NCBI RefSeq assembly: GCF_902459465.1
Contig: NC_047069.1
Span: 10,912,001-10,976,000, forward strand
DNA: 64,000 nt
Source of the DNA: Asterias rubens
Taxonomy: Eukaryota
Direction of reading: 5' to 3'
Within the stretch, counting starts at the first letter, position 1. Each line of letters begins with the position of its first letter. Under the pieces are notes generated by a model. It was given only the letters and a program-made list of their open reading frames with translations. It ran no database searches and was not told where the DNA came from. The translations under genes were made by a program, and so were the position numbers. Shown here in pieces: positions 14,354 to 27,604 of this stretch.

Positions 14354-17300
14354 CTCCGTCTTCTTCTTCTGCCTGAACGTTCTCCGCCAATTTTGAGAAA
14401 AACTGAAACTTGTATGAACTTGAAACTTCTCATGAACATCAACCTCGGTGAGTAGACGGCACCGCAACTTTTTTGGAATGGTGACGTCATTGATGACGTC
14501 ATTACGTTAAATAAACGTGAAATAAACCTTAAATAATTAGAAAAATCATATCTTCAAAACCAAAAGAGCTACGTTCAAGATTCTTTTTTTACATAAAACC
14601 TCTTATAAAGATCTACAAATGCGGTGCACAACGTGACCCCATTTGACCTTTACTTCCGGTCGAAACCGGAAGTTAAAGTAACAAATCATGTTATTTTGGG
14701 CTCTAGAGCCTAAGTGAATAAAAATATGAAAAAATGTCCAATGCATAAAATTTTTTTAAACTCAAGAGCATTCTAAAAATATAATGTGTGACGTCATAGC
14801 TACGTCACAACGAAAATGGTACACGAGGTCGAAAAAAAAATTATTTTGCTATCTCAAAAAATACAGCATGTACGGACTTGAAACTTACCACGTACTTAGA
14901 CCAAAGCGTGTATATGACAAAGAACAAAATTTGGAATGATGACGTCATCGATGACGTCATTATATTAAATTGAAGTTTTTTATTAAAATACTCATATCTC
15001 CAGAATCAGATATGCTACATACGTGATCTTTACACCATATGAAAGGTCATGAAGTATTAAACAAATCTTACACAGGGTGTGACCCCATTTGACCTTTACT
15101 TCCGGTCGAAACCGGAAGTAGTAGTTTGTTTTATAAAAAATCGTATCTGAATAATATTATTTTGTGTATTAATATAATAACTTAATTTTAAGGCCCTTCG
15201 ACGATTCTACAAATGTTTACAATGTGTGACCTCATTTGACCTTCATTTCCGGTCGAACCCGGAAGTATAAGTTTGTACATACAAAATTGTGTATCTTATT
15301 AATGAAACGTGGTACATTAATAATCATTACATCAATTTTGAGCTCTCTGGCAATTCTATATGTTTTGCACAAAGTGTGACCCCATTTGACCTTTAAATCC
15401 TGTCAAACCGGCTAAACTGGAAGTTCTAAAAAACGCTTAGAAAAAAGGTTATTTAATAGCTATTCACTTTGTTTTCACAATAACACACAGCATAGCTCAC
15501 TATCTCCCCAGTCAACTAAACTTAAAAAGTGATGGCTCGTTAATTCAGGCCAGAAATCCGAACACCTCGAATTTGTTATCAAACAAATTCTTATGTCTAG
15601 TCTTGTATTTGTATTTTGTTGTCTTTTTCTCTACAGCAATTACGGACATTTTTAATCACTGTGTGTTTCATGCTATATAGAAATAATTAATTAATACTAT
15701 TATCAAGATCGATACTGTTGACATGAAGGGCCCCAATCTGTATGTTTCTGTCAACTGGTACACCTTGTAGGGCCTACTTGTATTTTGTTGTATTTTTTCT
15801 CTACAGCGCATTGGGACATGTTTAATCACTATGTATGCACTATATACAAATTGTTAATTCTGAAATGACCCAGTCTGTATGTTTCTGCCAACTGGTACAT
15901 CTTGTATTTGTACTTTGTTGTCTTTTTTCTCTACAGGGTATAGGGACATAGCGCATAATTATGTTTAATCACTATTTGTTATGCACTATATAAATTTGTT
16001 TGATTACTGTTATAATTGTTAAGGTTGATACTGTTGACATGAAATGGCCCAAATTGTATGTTAGGTTTTTACTAAGTATGTTTTTGATGGCTCCAGCCCT
16101 CATTGAACATGAGTCTCACTTTTATTATCACAACTTTGTCTGTATTTGAAAATGAGACTATTGATAACTAGGATTACAATTGTTCAATTAATCAACGGGC
16201 TTGTTTCAACAAAACACCAAGATTCATCGCAAGATGAGTTGTCAATATTAATATATTGATTTATTGTGTGACATCACACTTTTCTTAGCATTTTAGATTG
16301 ACACAAATGTTAAGATAAGTCTTGGCTCTTTATGAAACAGAGCCTGAAATAATTGTTTATACAAAGCTTCTTCCTTTTGTTGCTTTTGCACTCTTCCCCT
16401 TTGTTTTCTGTGCAGCTAAGTTTTTGTCTTATTTTGTTATGACACATGTTGTGTATCAATTTTGTGGTTATTTGTAATGTAAATTTTATAAAACCTATTT
16501 TGCAAATTTATAAAACCTATTATGTGTCATGTTAGTGTTGGAAATTTATGAGTTAACAAATAATATATGATGAATATATATGTTAGTTTATAGGTTAGCA
16601 AGGACCAAAGTAGTTTAATATTTTTAAATTAAATATTCAAAAATTACTGTGATAACAACTAAACTGACTCAATATATTACACGTTGTAATTTATAGGCAG
16701 TGGATTTCTATACCAAGACGTTGGAGCATAATCCAAAGGATGAGTCAGCTGTTCTCAACAGAGGAATAACAAAGGTATCAAAATCAGGAATTCTCAAGAT
16801 ACTATTTGTAATTATTACTGTAGTGCTTGGTTAAACTTGTTCTGGCTTGCACTTTTGCAATAGAAATAACTTTGTTCCATGGCATTCCATTAAAAAATAC
16901 TTCTCTCTCTTGAATTCTTGAAATGAGAAAAAAGGCTCCTGAGGCCATAATCCTGTTTGTCTTAAACTCTTTGCTTTGAAAACCCATGAATCAAGGGCTT
17001 AATTTATGTAAAAGTAATACAGGGTTCTTTTATAGTGCTTTATCACACCCCTAGCGGTGTATTAGAAGGTGCTTTGGCGCAATAAGCAGCCAATCAAACC
17101 AGGAGCACCTTGTCTTTACGATAAGTGCACTGTGTTCTTTTTTAACATGCATTACACAACACACAGGACCTACGGCTTTATGGTCTATCCGAAGGATGAA
17201 GCAGTGGTTAAGTGTCTTGCTTTAGGACACAAGTGTCACGACCGTGACTCGAACCACGCTCTGCTGATCAGATACTCTAGAACTTTAGTCTGGTGCTCCG

Positions 17301-17846
17301 ATCCGGTAGACCATGACACACCCTAAGTGATGTGAAGGTGGAACATTTGATTTAACACATTGTTTCTTTGATCTCTTAATGTTAGGTACTGATGCGTGAT
17401 GCTCGTGGTGCGCTTGAAGACTTCCAGCTAGCTGTTAAGATGAGCCCTCTGTCTGCCCATGTTTACTTCAACAGAGGCAACCTTTATGCCTCCCTGCGCA
17501 GATATGAACTAGCAGAAAAAGACTACTCGGAAGGTAGGATATTTTATGTTGAAAAACCAAACTCACATGAGTGTTGGTTGATGTATTACTATAAATTTAG
17601 TACCATTCAATATTAAATATTACTATCAATAATAGTATCATTCAATATTAAACACAAACGAGTTTTATTTGGACTGACTGATTTTTTTTTTTTTTTTGCA
17701 CAACAGCTCTCAAATTGCAGCCTGATGACCCTCTAGTTCACAAACGCAGGGCAGAAGTACGAGGTAAAATTGGCAGACGGGCGGATGCAGTCAAAGATTA
17801 CAAGAGGGCGATTGAACTCCAGAGCAAGAAGCATCCGAGGTTGTAG
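618..17846 (+). CDS. TTC6: TPR-repeat protein, TTC6-like; 3' part of gene (14 exons, 645 codons plus stop in window, 5' end upstream of window)
   Basis: Hand-spliced join: 618-692, 3081-3133, 3759-3978, 4989-5135, 6242-6456, 7885-8077, 8625-8705, 9736-9788, 11217-11351, 12203-12339, 13585-13847, 16697-16774, 17386-17533, 17707-17846 (TAG). All introns are GT-AG, phases match and the total of 1938 nt is open. The translation is continuous TPR repeats (e.g. AYYQRGLTRMKLRQSKGILDFNRALALDP, AYFNRAVCYH, VYFNRGNLY). The TTC6 name is from my recollection of the C-terminal sequence pattern, not from a search. Confidence 0.85.
746..1039. mobile_element. Fully palindromic MITE (foldback), TA-flanked
   Basis: Long inverted arms tggttcaagactctcctggatttgtcacaagaggg / ccctcttgtgacaaatccaggagagtcttgaacca, with internal gctatca repeats. 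Confidence 0.75.
1060..2290. mobile_element. Probable non-autonomous DNA transposon with subterminal CGATAT/ATATCG arrays
   Basis: Clusters of cgatat/atcga motifs at about 1066-1132 and 2195-2290 bracket the segment; exact termini not resolved. Confidence 0.35.
2320..2862 (-). mobile_element. tRNA-derived SINE (family A), interrupted by a MITE at about 2619-2823
   Basis: Reverse complement of the 12661-12995 SINE; head split at ...aaactctag / ccagagcttg... Confidence 0.7.
3355..3729. mobile_element. TTAA-flanked MITE family A (Kolobok/T2-like termini AGG...CCT)
   Basis: TTAA at 3351-3354 and 3730-3733; TIR aggca(gtggaca)ctattggtaatt / aattaccaaaggtgtc(c)agtgcct. At least 15 copies or fragments in the window. 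Confidence 0.8.
3988..4217. mobile_element. MITE with TATTGACCC / GGGTCAATA termini; second copy at 18171-18327
   Basis: Short TIR and shared 3' body (gatgatgacgtcaggtgaaatgggtcaata). Confidence 0.65.
4545..4708. mobile_element. Harbinger-like short MITE; similar TIR elements at 2917-3057, 23815-24030, 27473-27603, 48012-48164
   Basis: TIR agcccggttcatac / gcatgaatcgggct with TAA/TTA flanks; superfamily assignment is tentative. Confidence 0.55.
6541..7252 (+). mobile_element. L2/CR1-group LINE 3' fragment in a TTC6 intron
   Basis: SRLDMCNSLLYGLP..RLQRIQNYAARVIT..HITQILKELHWLPV..GDRSFSHAAPRLWSKLP; 3' UTR and (att)n tail at 7230-7250. Confidence 0.88.
7730..7773 (-). pseudogene. 3' half of a tRNA-Leu-like sequence (tRNA fragment or SINE head)
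   Basis: Reverse complement reads CACCAGTCATTTGGATGGCGTGGGTTCGAGTCCCACCGCTGCCA, matching the variable arm, T arm and acceptor end of eukaryotic tRNA-Leu; the 5' half is absent. Confidence 0.55.
8126..8425. mobile_element. MITE family A copy
   Basis: TTAA on both sides; same TIR. Confidence 0.8.
8766..9112. mobile_element. MITE family A copy
   Basis: TTAA flanks; family TIR and body. Confidence 0.75.
9899..10151. mobile_element. Inverted pair of Penelope-like (PLE) terminal-repeat fragments; related pieces at 10365-10430, 12560-12650, 27300-27425, 29150-29400
   Basis: About 100-bp near-perfect inverted arms containing the gacgtttcgatc / gatcgaaacgt signature. Confidence 0.6.
10855..11030 (+). 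mobile_element. tRNA-derived SINE (second family)
   Basis: A box TGGCGCAGTGG, B box GGTTCGAAACC, followed by a gggttttccc...ttttcctcccac core. Confidence 0.7.
12661..12995 (+). mobile_element. tRNA-derived SINE (family A); other copies at 17050-17325 (-) and 3215-3345 (partial)
   Basis: A box TGGCCAAGCGG, B box GGTTTGAATCC; body and tail shared between copies. Confidence 0.78.
13192..13563. mobile_element. MITE family A copy (opposite orientation), ending 21 bp before a TTC6 exon
   Basis: TTAA left, TTAT right; family TIR. Confidence 0.78.
14278..15575. mobile_element. Helentron/HINE(DINE)-like non-autonomous element in a TTC6 intron
   Basis: Subterminal inverted repeat AGGTGTTCGG (14283-14292) / CCGAACACCT (15558-15567); terminal hairpin tcggct-ttt-agccga; poly-T/(CTT)n microsatellite; internal tandem subrepeats; T-rich flanks. 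No ORF. Confidence 0.55.
15590..16060 (+). repeat. Three degenerate tandem units (about 130-170 bp), each with a tttttctctacag motif
   Basis: Repeated cttgtatttgtattttgttgtctttttctctacag...ttaatcact...gatactgttgacatgaa. Confidence 0.7.
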
Positions 17847-19986
17847 AAATGATGAAATTAAACCTCTATAAACGATGGAGTTGCAAAGCTTGTAGCTTCA
17901 GATGAAATTAAACCTCTATGAACGAGGGAGTCGCAAAGCTTATCTAGCTTTGAATATGCTGATCAAGTTCCAAGGGAACCAAGTTAACAACAATTGGGAA
18001 AAAATATAAGTTTTGGGGATTATTATTGATATTGAATGATTAGTTAATCGAGTCAAATTGCTTTATAATACACCACATGAAAAGGTACTATTTTCGTTTA
18101 AGCCGAACACCCAGGCTTTTCAAGTTTTTATTTGAGAATTCGCCCCATGCGTAGCAGATGTCTTAACAGCTATTGACCCCTTGCCACGATGCCACGCTCA
18201 CCATGTTGGTGGTCAATAGGCTTACATGTAAATGCCGCGTCACCTGAATAACACACGTTGACATTGACCACCAAAATGGCGCATCCAAGATTATTCTGAT
18301 GATGACGTCAGGTGAAATGGGTCAATACCATCAAGTGTGCCTAAAGATGAGAGGCCAGTTTGAATCATATTTATTAGGGAAACAATTTGTTAAATGTAAT
18401 AATTGCACCAAGGATATGACAAACCTTGTTTTTTCAATTCCGTGTTTTTCCTCAATATGTGGTGAATGCACATAATATTGTTAAAAATGAAGAAGCGCCG
18501 AGACTTCTGCTACACAGAGAGTACAAACATTAACGGTTTTAATTTGTAAACTTCTTTTTTAAATGAATCTACAAATAGTTTTTTTTCTCTTCAACTTCTT
18601 TATTTATTTATATTGAATAGTTTTTGTCATTACCGCACTGACGTATAATTCCGTCCAAAATTTTACGATACATGGAAATGTTTTGAGTGTTTATTCAGGT
18701 ATTTTTATAATAATACAAAATGTCTGTAGTGTTTTATTGCGGAAAACTTCCTTCTATGTGTATATATGGAAAACAAAACGGAGAATTCCAATATTGGCAA
18801 CGTTAGAAAAATTCTCGTTTTTCTGGTTACCAAAGTTTAGAGTCGGTTGCATTCTTGGTAATCTTACTGATGATATTCCGTCCAGATTCCCTTACTCTGT
18901 GTGTGAACTTACAAGTTTATGTAATATCGTATTGTTTAAATAAAGCCTTTTGAAAATAATTATTAAATGATATTTGCTTCAAAACAAGGATAAACTTGGT
19001 GTGAAATTCCATAAAGAAAAACGCATGACAAGTGAAATTTAATTTAAAATTTATTCACTCAACCTTACAGATAATTATTAAGTAACTTATAACATTTGAC
19101 TTATCTGGAGAAAGCGTTCATTCGGAACCCACCTAATGCTCCCCTTTGTTCCAGTTTTCAACTCCCAAATTCCCCATTGTAGCTGTATTGATGTATATCA
19201 TTATGTTCATGGAAGGTCCATTGAATATTAATGGTTATAAAGGATCACAGTACAATGCAACATAACATTTTCAAGAATAGAAGACAAGGTACCTCTACAA
19301 AAAAAAAACTAATACAAATAAGTAACATAAATCATAAAAGCAATTTTTTTTAATTACTTTAAAAACTGCAGATAATTAAAAATCCTAACATTAGGTTCAA
19401 CAACTGACTTGAACCAAATAGTTACTTAAATTTAAAACAAACAAGTGAAATAGTTTCCACCATTTTCTGTGTATTGAGTACAGCGAAACCTCTCTAATAA
19501 CATTGAGAGACCATTATCTGTAAAACCAGTAATCATCATGATACAACTACATGTACATGTAGACGCTTTGGTTGAACTTTTTAGAAACTGTTGTCTTGTT
19601 TAAGTGTCTGGACAAAACAATATGAAACATAAATTTGGTTTTGTTTTAGATACCGTACTACTATAACATGAAAAACATTGGAAGGTGTCAATTCAAGTAA
19701 TGACCCTTGATTTAACCATTTGGTTGACTGGAAATAGGTCCAATCTTGCACTTGTTTGCAGTCGCTCTGTTTAAAGACAAACTGCACATTTTCAGGCTTA
19801 TTAAGTTTCCATTCAAGATGGCATGCCACAAGGTCAATATAAATAGCAGGGAGAAAAAATAAATAATAGTAAACTTGTGGGCACAACCATGTGTAAATCT
19901 CACTTTTTGGAGTGTTGGCTCTCACCAGTCAAGTTAAAAAATGTTAATTTTGCCTTTTTCATTTTCTTCTAATGCCTTTGAATTGT

Positions 19987-21738
<1,752 letters not shown>

Positions 21739-21743
<5 letters not shown>

Positions 21744-21875
21744 CTTGGAATAATTTGAAGAGCGACCTCTTTAGTCTAAAGGATGCCAGTGTTTGCCTGG
21801 TCCCCTATCTTTAGATTGGTGCCCTTTCTTGACGTCGCTGGCGTATAAATACCTGCTAACTTTGACAACCAATCA
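21739..21875. promoter_or_regulatory. Putative ZCCHC10 core promoter
   Basis: YY1-type CGCCATCTT overlapping the start codon (21739-21747), CCAAT motifs near 21815 and 21869, CRE-like TGACGTCG near 21830, TATAAATA at 21844-21851. Motifs only; no TSS data. Confidence 0.45.
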
Positions 21876-22652
21876 GCGGCTGGCATACTCGCATTCCCGC
21901 ACACCTGCTACACCTTTACTGTCTTTTGCACTGTTTTGAGATTTGTGTTATTTCTTGGTTTAGGTTTCACTTGGTTTTATTTGTTGAAGTTAAAGTTTCA
22001 AAAATATTTATCTAAGGTTTAGGTCATAAGTCTACCCATTTCGATCTAATGGGTTTCATTATTATATTTCTATTTTTTATTATTTTTCAACCACTGGTTT
22101 TGCATTTTTGTGATTTATTTATAATCAATATAGTTTCTTTGGTTTTTGTTTAAGGAAATCTACAACTTGAGTCAGTGTTTCACTTTTCGCATCGATCCCC
22201 CTGTCTCCGCACTGTTTAATTTAGGTTAACTGGGCTTTTCTTAAGGATACCTACAACTTGAGTCAGTTTCACTTTTTGCATCTCCCCCCTGTCTCAGCGT
22301 TGTTAAATTTAGGTTAATTGAGCTTTCCAAAAGCGAGTTCCCCCCCCCCCCCCACAGCATTTATATTAGTTTTATTCAGTTTATTCAAGTGGTCCATTTT
22401 CACCGGTTACATAATCAACAGCAAAATTGAGACTGACCCTTCCTGCAATCACCATTGTCAATCAAACGGTCTTGTTATTTTCCAAGTAATTGTTAAAACA
22501 GAACAGACTTGAAACACACCAGTTAACTGAATCAACATTATTTATTAAATCAAAAACAATCATGTTACAGTACATTTTGAGACAAGGTTCATCTTGTGTT
22601 TATTTTTATTAGGGCATAATTGTTGGGGGTCTTCAACTGCAATTTCTTTTAA

Positions 22653-23035
22653 AGGCATGGACACTATTGGTAATTACTCAAAATAATTGTTACCATAAAA
22701 ACTTACTTGGTAATAAGCAATGGAGAGCTGCTGATTGTATAAAACATTGTGAGAAACGACTCCCTCTGAAGTGACATAGTTTTTAAGAAAGGGGTAATTT
22801 CTCACTCAAATAATAAAAGACTTCAGGCCTGAAACCTTTTACTAGGCATCTGAAAGCATCTGAACAATTTGTGCAAAAAGGATATTTTTTTCTTTCATTA
22901 TTTTCTTGCAACTTCGATGACCATTTGAGTAAAACATTTCACAGGTTTGTTATTTAATGCATATACATGTATGTTGAGATACACTAAGTGAGAATACTGG
23001 TCTTTGACAAAAATTACCAAAGGTGTCCAGTGCCT
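22653..23035. mobile_element. MITE family A copy
   Basis: TTAA flanks; family TIR. Confidence 0.8.
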
Positions 23036-24094
23036 TTAACATTATACAACAATTTCTGTGGATGATTGTAAGTTTATAGTAAAGCTTTCAGATTTTGATA
23101 AAAATCAGTCATGTGCCGATCAAATCATCTGAAACGACATGAATATTTCTAATCAGTTGTTTATCAAGGTGTATCCTCATCGAGAAAATGAAATATATTT
23201 TGATAAATCTTCTGCATGATGTCATTTGAGAAGGTTGCCCTTTACCAAATGTCAAAAGAAGAAAACTCATTGGCTGATCATGTGAACCGTGTAAAGATGG
23301 CAGCATGATGACACCAGTGCATAAGGTCCACAAAAGTCTTTAGCTTACATTTTCTATTGTGATTTGTTGATATGATGGACATAATTGTATTCTAAAATAT
23401 AAGGATTGTGGACTTGATGTAAATCATGTCAAATACATAAACTGTTTGCATGAACTCCCAGTATACTTTCATGAGTTTTGTATTAAAAACAATTATCATA
23501 ATGTTACCTTACAACGCTGAACAACACAGAAAGCAATATTTTAATGGTACAAAAACCACACTGTGATGACATATGAAGAATTTGCCTTAGAGAAATATGA
23601 GACAAACATGACATGTTTGGTTGTAAACAATTCTCATTTTTATCAATTAAAGTGTGAATCTTTCAATCTCACTGTTACCCAAGTCTTTCGTCAAAAAAAG
23701 GACTAGGTCAATAATTTTTCCCAACTAATAAGTACATGAAGAATTACAGTACTGGTTTAATCTTTTATAATAAGTAACAATTCTACTAAGAAACATATGT
23801 TCTTATTTATCATCAGGGCCTTGTCACACGAGGCAACTTTTACAGGCAACTTGGAGGCAACCAACTGCAGTGCTTGCTACAGGACCACTTTGGTAGCACA
23901 TGATTCAATTTTAAAACATTGTCTCACGATCCATAGAAGAAAAATATTAACATTCAAATGGGAATGGCTTCTCTTCTTGGAGATTGCCTGGAACTGGTTG
24001 CCAGTAAATTGCCTCGTGTGACACGGCCCATGTAACTAGGAAATTTCCAATGAGCAACATGTCAAGATTGTAATGTGTGTTCGTGTGCATTGGT

Positions 24095-25219
24095 TTAATT
24101 CGCTTTATGGTGAGGCCACTCCACTTGTAGTTTACCCATCTTATGAGCTTCAAATGGACGGCATGGTGAGTTGGCATCAAGGTACCAATGTCTCGACTTC
24201 CCTGGATAATGAGCAACTGCTGGTCCATTTATCTCTGTGGTTTCTAGGAGAGACAAGGTTGGTCGGGTTTTGCGAAGAAGTACAACAGAAACTGCACATG
24301 ATTTCATTGGGCGAAGTTCCAGGGCCGTGGAGTAGTTTTGGATGATGACAGAGTCCTCCCCGGTTGGAAGGGCTGGATTACCATGCCATTCATACAACAT
24401 ATCAAGCCCAGCATTCTTAGCATATTTGCTGAAACATCCCCATGTTTCTTTATTCTTCTCATTGTCAATGTAAATAACAACTGCTCCTGGCTTGAGCTCA
24501 CGTAGAATAGCCTGAAATAGAACACTTTTTTCTGGATCATCTCGCATGAAGGCAAACACAGCTGAGAAAGACTTGACTAAAGTTAAGATTTCAGCTTTTC
24601 TGATGGCATCCAATACAAAGGAGTCAATTGTTGAATCCCTCACAAGATCACATCGGAAGTATTCAACGGGGAATGGCTCTGGCAGTTTGTTGTGAATTTC
24701 TTTCCAGGCCGCCTTCCAGCTTGGAAATGCATCTAAGATGCTACACTTGAGCATAGCTATGGGGATCAGATTGGTGTCTATAAAGAACTTCATCAGACCC
24801 ACAAGCTCAGGTGCTGGCCCACCTCCAATGCAACAGACCCTCAGATGATTCATCTGCCTCCATCTTTGAATGATACCTGAGAGGCTTGGTTGTAGAAAAG
24901 GCTGCAGTGCCATGTACATCATGTGGCAATGCTGCATGTAGTACAGAAACACATAGGCACAGCGGTTTGCAGAGTCGTCCCATTCTGATCTGGACCATGG
25001 ATCTGTGTCTCCTAATTTACATCTGTACGCCTTGGAGATCATTTGTAGCGCAAACTTGACTCTGTGTGCTTTGTCTTGGTTAGATTGACCCTCAACATGG
25101 CTCAGGAGCTCAGGCAGAACTTCACTCACGAGGTCTCGAAAGAAATCTCCAGCATTCTGTGATTCTGGGGACAAGACACTCAAATCTATTGCCTCCTCAT
25201 TCTTGATTGAAGTTGTCAT
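24095..25219 (-). CDS. MT-1: class I SAM-dependent methyltransferase-like protein, 374 aa, single coding exon
   Basis: Intact ORF with family motifs W-x-D-x-x-x-RCAYVFLY, VCCIGGGPAPELVG (motif I), ILD, RCDLV, VKSFSA, YIDN, PMKSC. Splice acceptor (tttatag) lies 10 nt upstream of the ATG; candidate donor at 25538. Confidence 0.85.
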   Translation of the reverse strand: MTTSIKNEEAIDLSVLSPESQNAGDFFRDLVSEVLPELLSHVEGQSNQDKAHRVKFALQMISKAYRCKLGDTDPWSRSEWDDSANRCAYVFLYYMQHCHMMYMALQPFLQPSLSGIIQRWRQMNHLRVCCIGGGPAPELVGLMKFFIDTNLIPIAMLKCSILDAFPSWKAAWKEIHNKLPEPFPVEYFRCDLVRDSTIDSFVLDAIRKAEILTLVKSFSAVFAFMRDDPEKSVLFQAILRELKPGAVVIYIDNEKNKETWGCFSKYAKNAGLDMLYEWHGNPALPTGEDSVIIQNYSTALELRPMKSCAVSVVLLRKTRPTLSLLETTEINGPAVAHYPGKSRHWYLDANSPCRPFEAHKMGKLQVEWPHHKAN

Positions 25220-25979
25220 CTTCCTGCACCTATAAAATTAAGAACAGATGCAAACAATTTCAAAAACTTCATGTTAAAAGCTCCTGCCTTTCCTTAATAA
25301 AAAAAAGTAAAAGTGGTATCCGGTAGTTTATCATGGTGTGTGGGACCGCAGTGCATACATAATAATGAGGATTCACATTGCACGGCCATGATCATGGTCC
25401 CATGGAGAGGCCATCCTATATGTATAATATTAATAATACGACACCGTTAAAACTAGGCGACGGTTCATTTATAATATGAAAAATCCAGAACGGACTAAAC
25501 CTTACACATTCTCATTCAATAATCAGACTATATCTCACCTTTATTGTGTTTAGTTTTCCCTCTTATCTCAGTCTTAGTTCTTCAAACAAACTGTGGCATA
25601 AGTTCGCGCAGTCCCGAAAAGTCAAAACGTCCGTAGAGACGACCATGGGTAAACTTGACCAAGTGAGGGCGCTGCAATAAATACCGCCAGTCCCGGAGGC
25701 GTGGCATCCTGGGGTAAGGGTGCACCATTGATGACTTGGGAGTCCAGAAGGCCCATCGATACTACTCCCCCTCCTTCGATCCAGGGTGCACCCCACCAAA
25801 TAATCTCCCATTATAGCACACAGTGCAAAATGCTACATATTCAAAAATGCACGAAAAATACTTAAAAGTCTTACAGCTTTTAACTTGAAAGGGAAAATTA
25901 TTGATTGACTCTTGAACTTTTATTCTCTGCTCAATTTTATATGGGGAGTCCCTGGGCCCGTCGAGTTATTCTCCCTCCA

Positions 25980-26430
25980 AGTAAAAACACCCCTTTGAGG
26001 TCTAATTTTCAAAACGTCCGAGCATCAATCTTGAAAAATGTCCCTACACCTCTCAGCAAATAGGACCATTTATTTCAGGGCCTATGTCATCCAAAATACC
26101 TCAAGCTGGAAGTCAACAACCCCCAAGTCACAATTGGGCAACATTTTTACACTGAAACACTTTCTGGGGGCTCTCAAATCTGTCTTATATGGAATATTTT
26201 CAGGGCCTACAAAATATCAATGAGCTCGACGGTCTGTTTTCTCCTTTTTGGTGGGGTGCACCATCCGATAAAAAACACGCCACGTACGTCCGAGCGTCAA
26301 TCTTGAAAAATGTCCCTCGCCTCTCGACAGGAGGCGCATTTATTTCAGGGCCTAAGTCATCCTTCAAGTGGTAATAACCTCGCCGGGCTTTCAAACATGT
26401 CTAAATGGGGGCCTGCAAAATACTATTGAG
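25980..26430. repeat. About 270-bp degenerate direct repeat, probably transposon subterminal DNA
   Basis: acgtccgagc.tcaatcttgaaaaatgtccct at about 26015 and 26286; ttcagggccta recurs. Confidence 0.5.
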
Positions 26431-27376
26431 GTGACGCTCTGTTTTCTTAAACTTCTCTACTAAGACTAAGTATTAGTAAACTTAACTAGCCGGTCAACGG
26501 GAAAACATATTGAGGAAATTTCAGTAGCCTACATGTAATATGGTATGTGGGACATGACAAAAACAGTAGTTACTAATTCGTATGATTAGACTCGTACATA
26601 AAATATACGAAATAAGTCATTTCACTATGTCCTATATATTAATACATTTCCCGCAGCATTGAACGTTTATAAAAGTTTAAGTCCCGGAGAAACAATTGAT
26701 TTTAACCCCCTTAAGTGCTGTCACTGTTAAGAAAACACAATTTAAAGAAGACCCTAATCACCATTAGTGGATTCGAAATTCAAAATAAGCGAGGCCTTCG
26801 CCATGCATGCTCTTTAATATTTTGTTTTCACACTAACTGCTCACCGCACTTAATTTTTTACAGATTGGTACGGACGTTGGGTGGGAGAAAAACTGGGGAT
26901 TTAATTTAAAAAATTTACTCTGCTATTTCAACCCCGAATAATGATACAGTTTAAATAATCACTCTTAACCATGAAATTAAAAGCTGACAAAAGAAAATGC
27001 ATATGGCATTTGTTGTGTTTTATTTTGTGCATGAGATTGTTTTTGCACTTTGGTTAATTTTTAATACCAAAAGCGTTTTATACTTATCCATGCTTATGCA
27101 ATACATAGCCCGTTATTTTCTTTTAAAAAAATGTACCCTCACATATCACAGCACAGATCTGCATAAAATAATATTTGGAGTTTTTAAACTAAGTCACATA
27201 AAAAGTTGCATAGGTTATTAAAGACTTTCCTGACAAGGTTATTTCGTGGCATAGTGGTTTTATTTTGCCCAGTATAAGTAATTTTTGCTTTTTTGATAGA
27301 AAGGTTTGTGGTAACACGTAATGATAATCTCTAAATGCGCTGCTGGGGTGGTTCTGAAAAGAGCCGTTGGTTTCAA

Positions 27377-27418
27377 CTCGACGTTTCGATCACTGCATGC
27401 TCTGATCGTCTTCTGGAG
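27377..27418 (-). ncRNA. Hammerhead-like motif with variant core (CAGAAGA) in a PLE terminus
   Basis: CUC-CAGAAGA-C-GAUCA(GAGCAUGCAG)UGAUC-GAAA-CG-UC-GAG; U4 is replaced by A. Confidence 0.45.
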
Positions 27419-27604
27419 AAAAGTTTTGCTTTGTTTGCGTTGATGATAGTTTGGAAGCTACATCTGAGCCTTAAAGGCCGGTTTATAGTCGGTCGCGCAA
27501 ATCTTACGCGCAATCCTAAGACTGATGCCTAAAAGCTATGCCTTTTGATCGCTTGGCAAGATTTTCATCGCGCGACCATCGCGCGACCGACTATAACTCC
27601 CCCT

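Noticed and set aside
17847-19986. Overlapping 3' UTRs of TTC6 and ZCCHC10
   Set aside because: Several AATAAA/ATTAAA candidates on both strands; the ends cannot be assigned without 3'-end data.
24095-25219. METTL17/Rsm22-type Fe-S cluster site in the MT family
   Set aside because: Several Cys are conserved, but I see no CPH-x-C-type cluster motif; unsupported without a structure.
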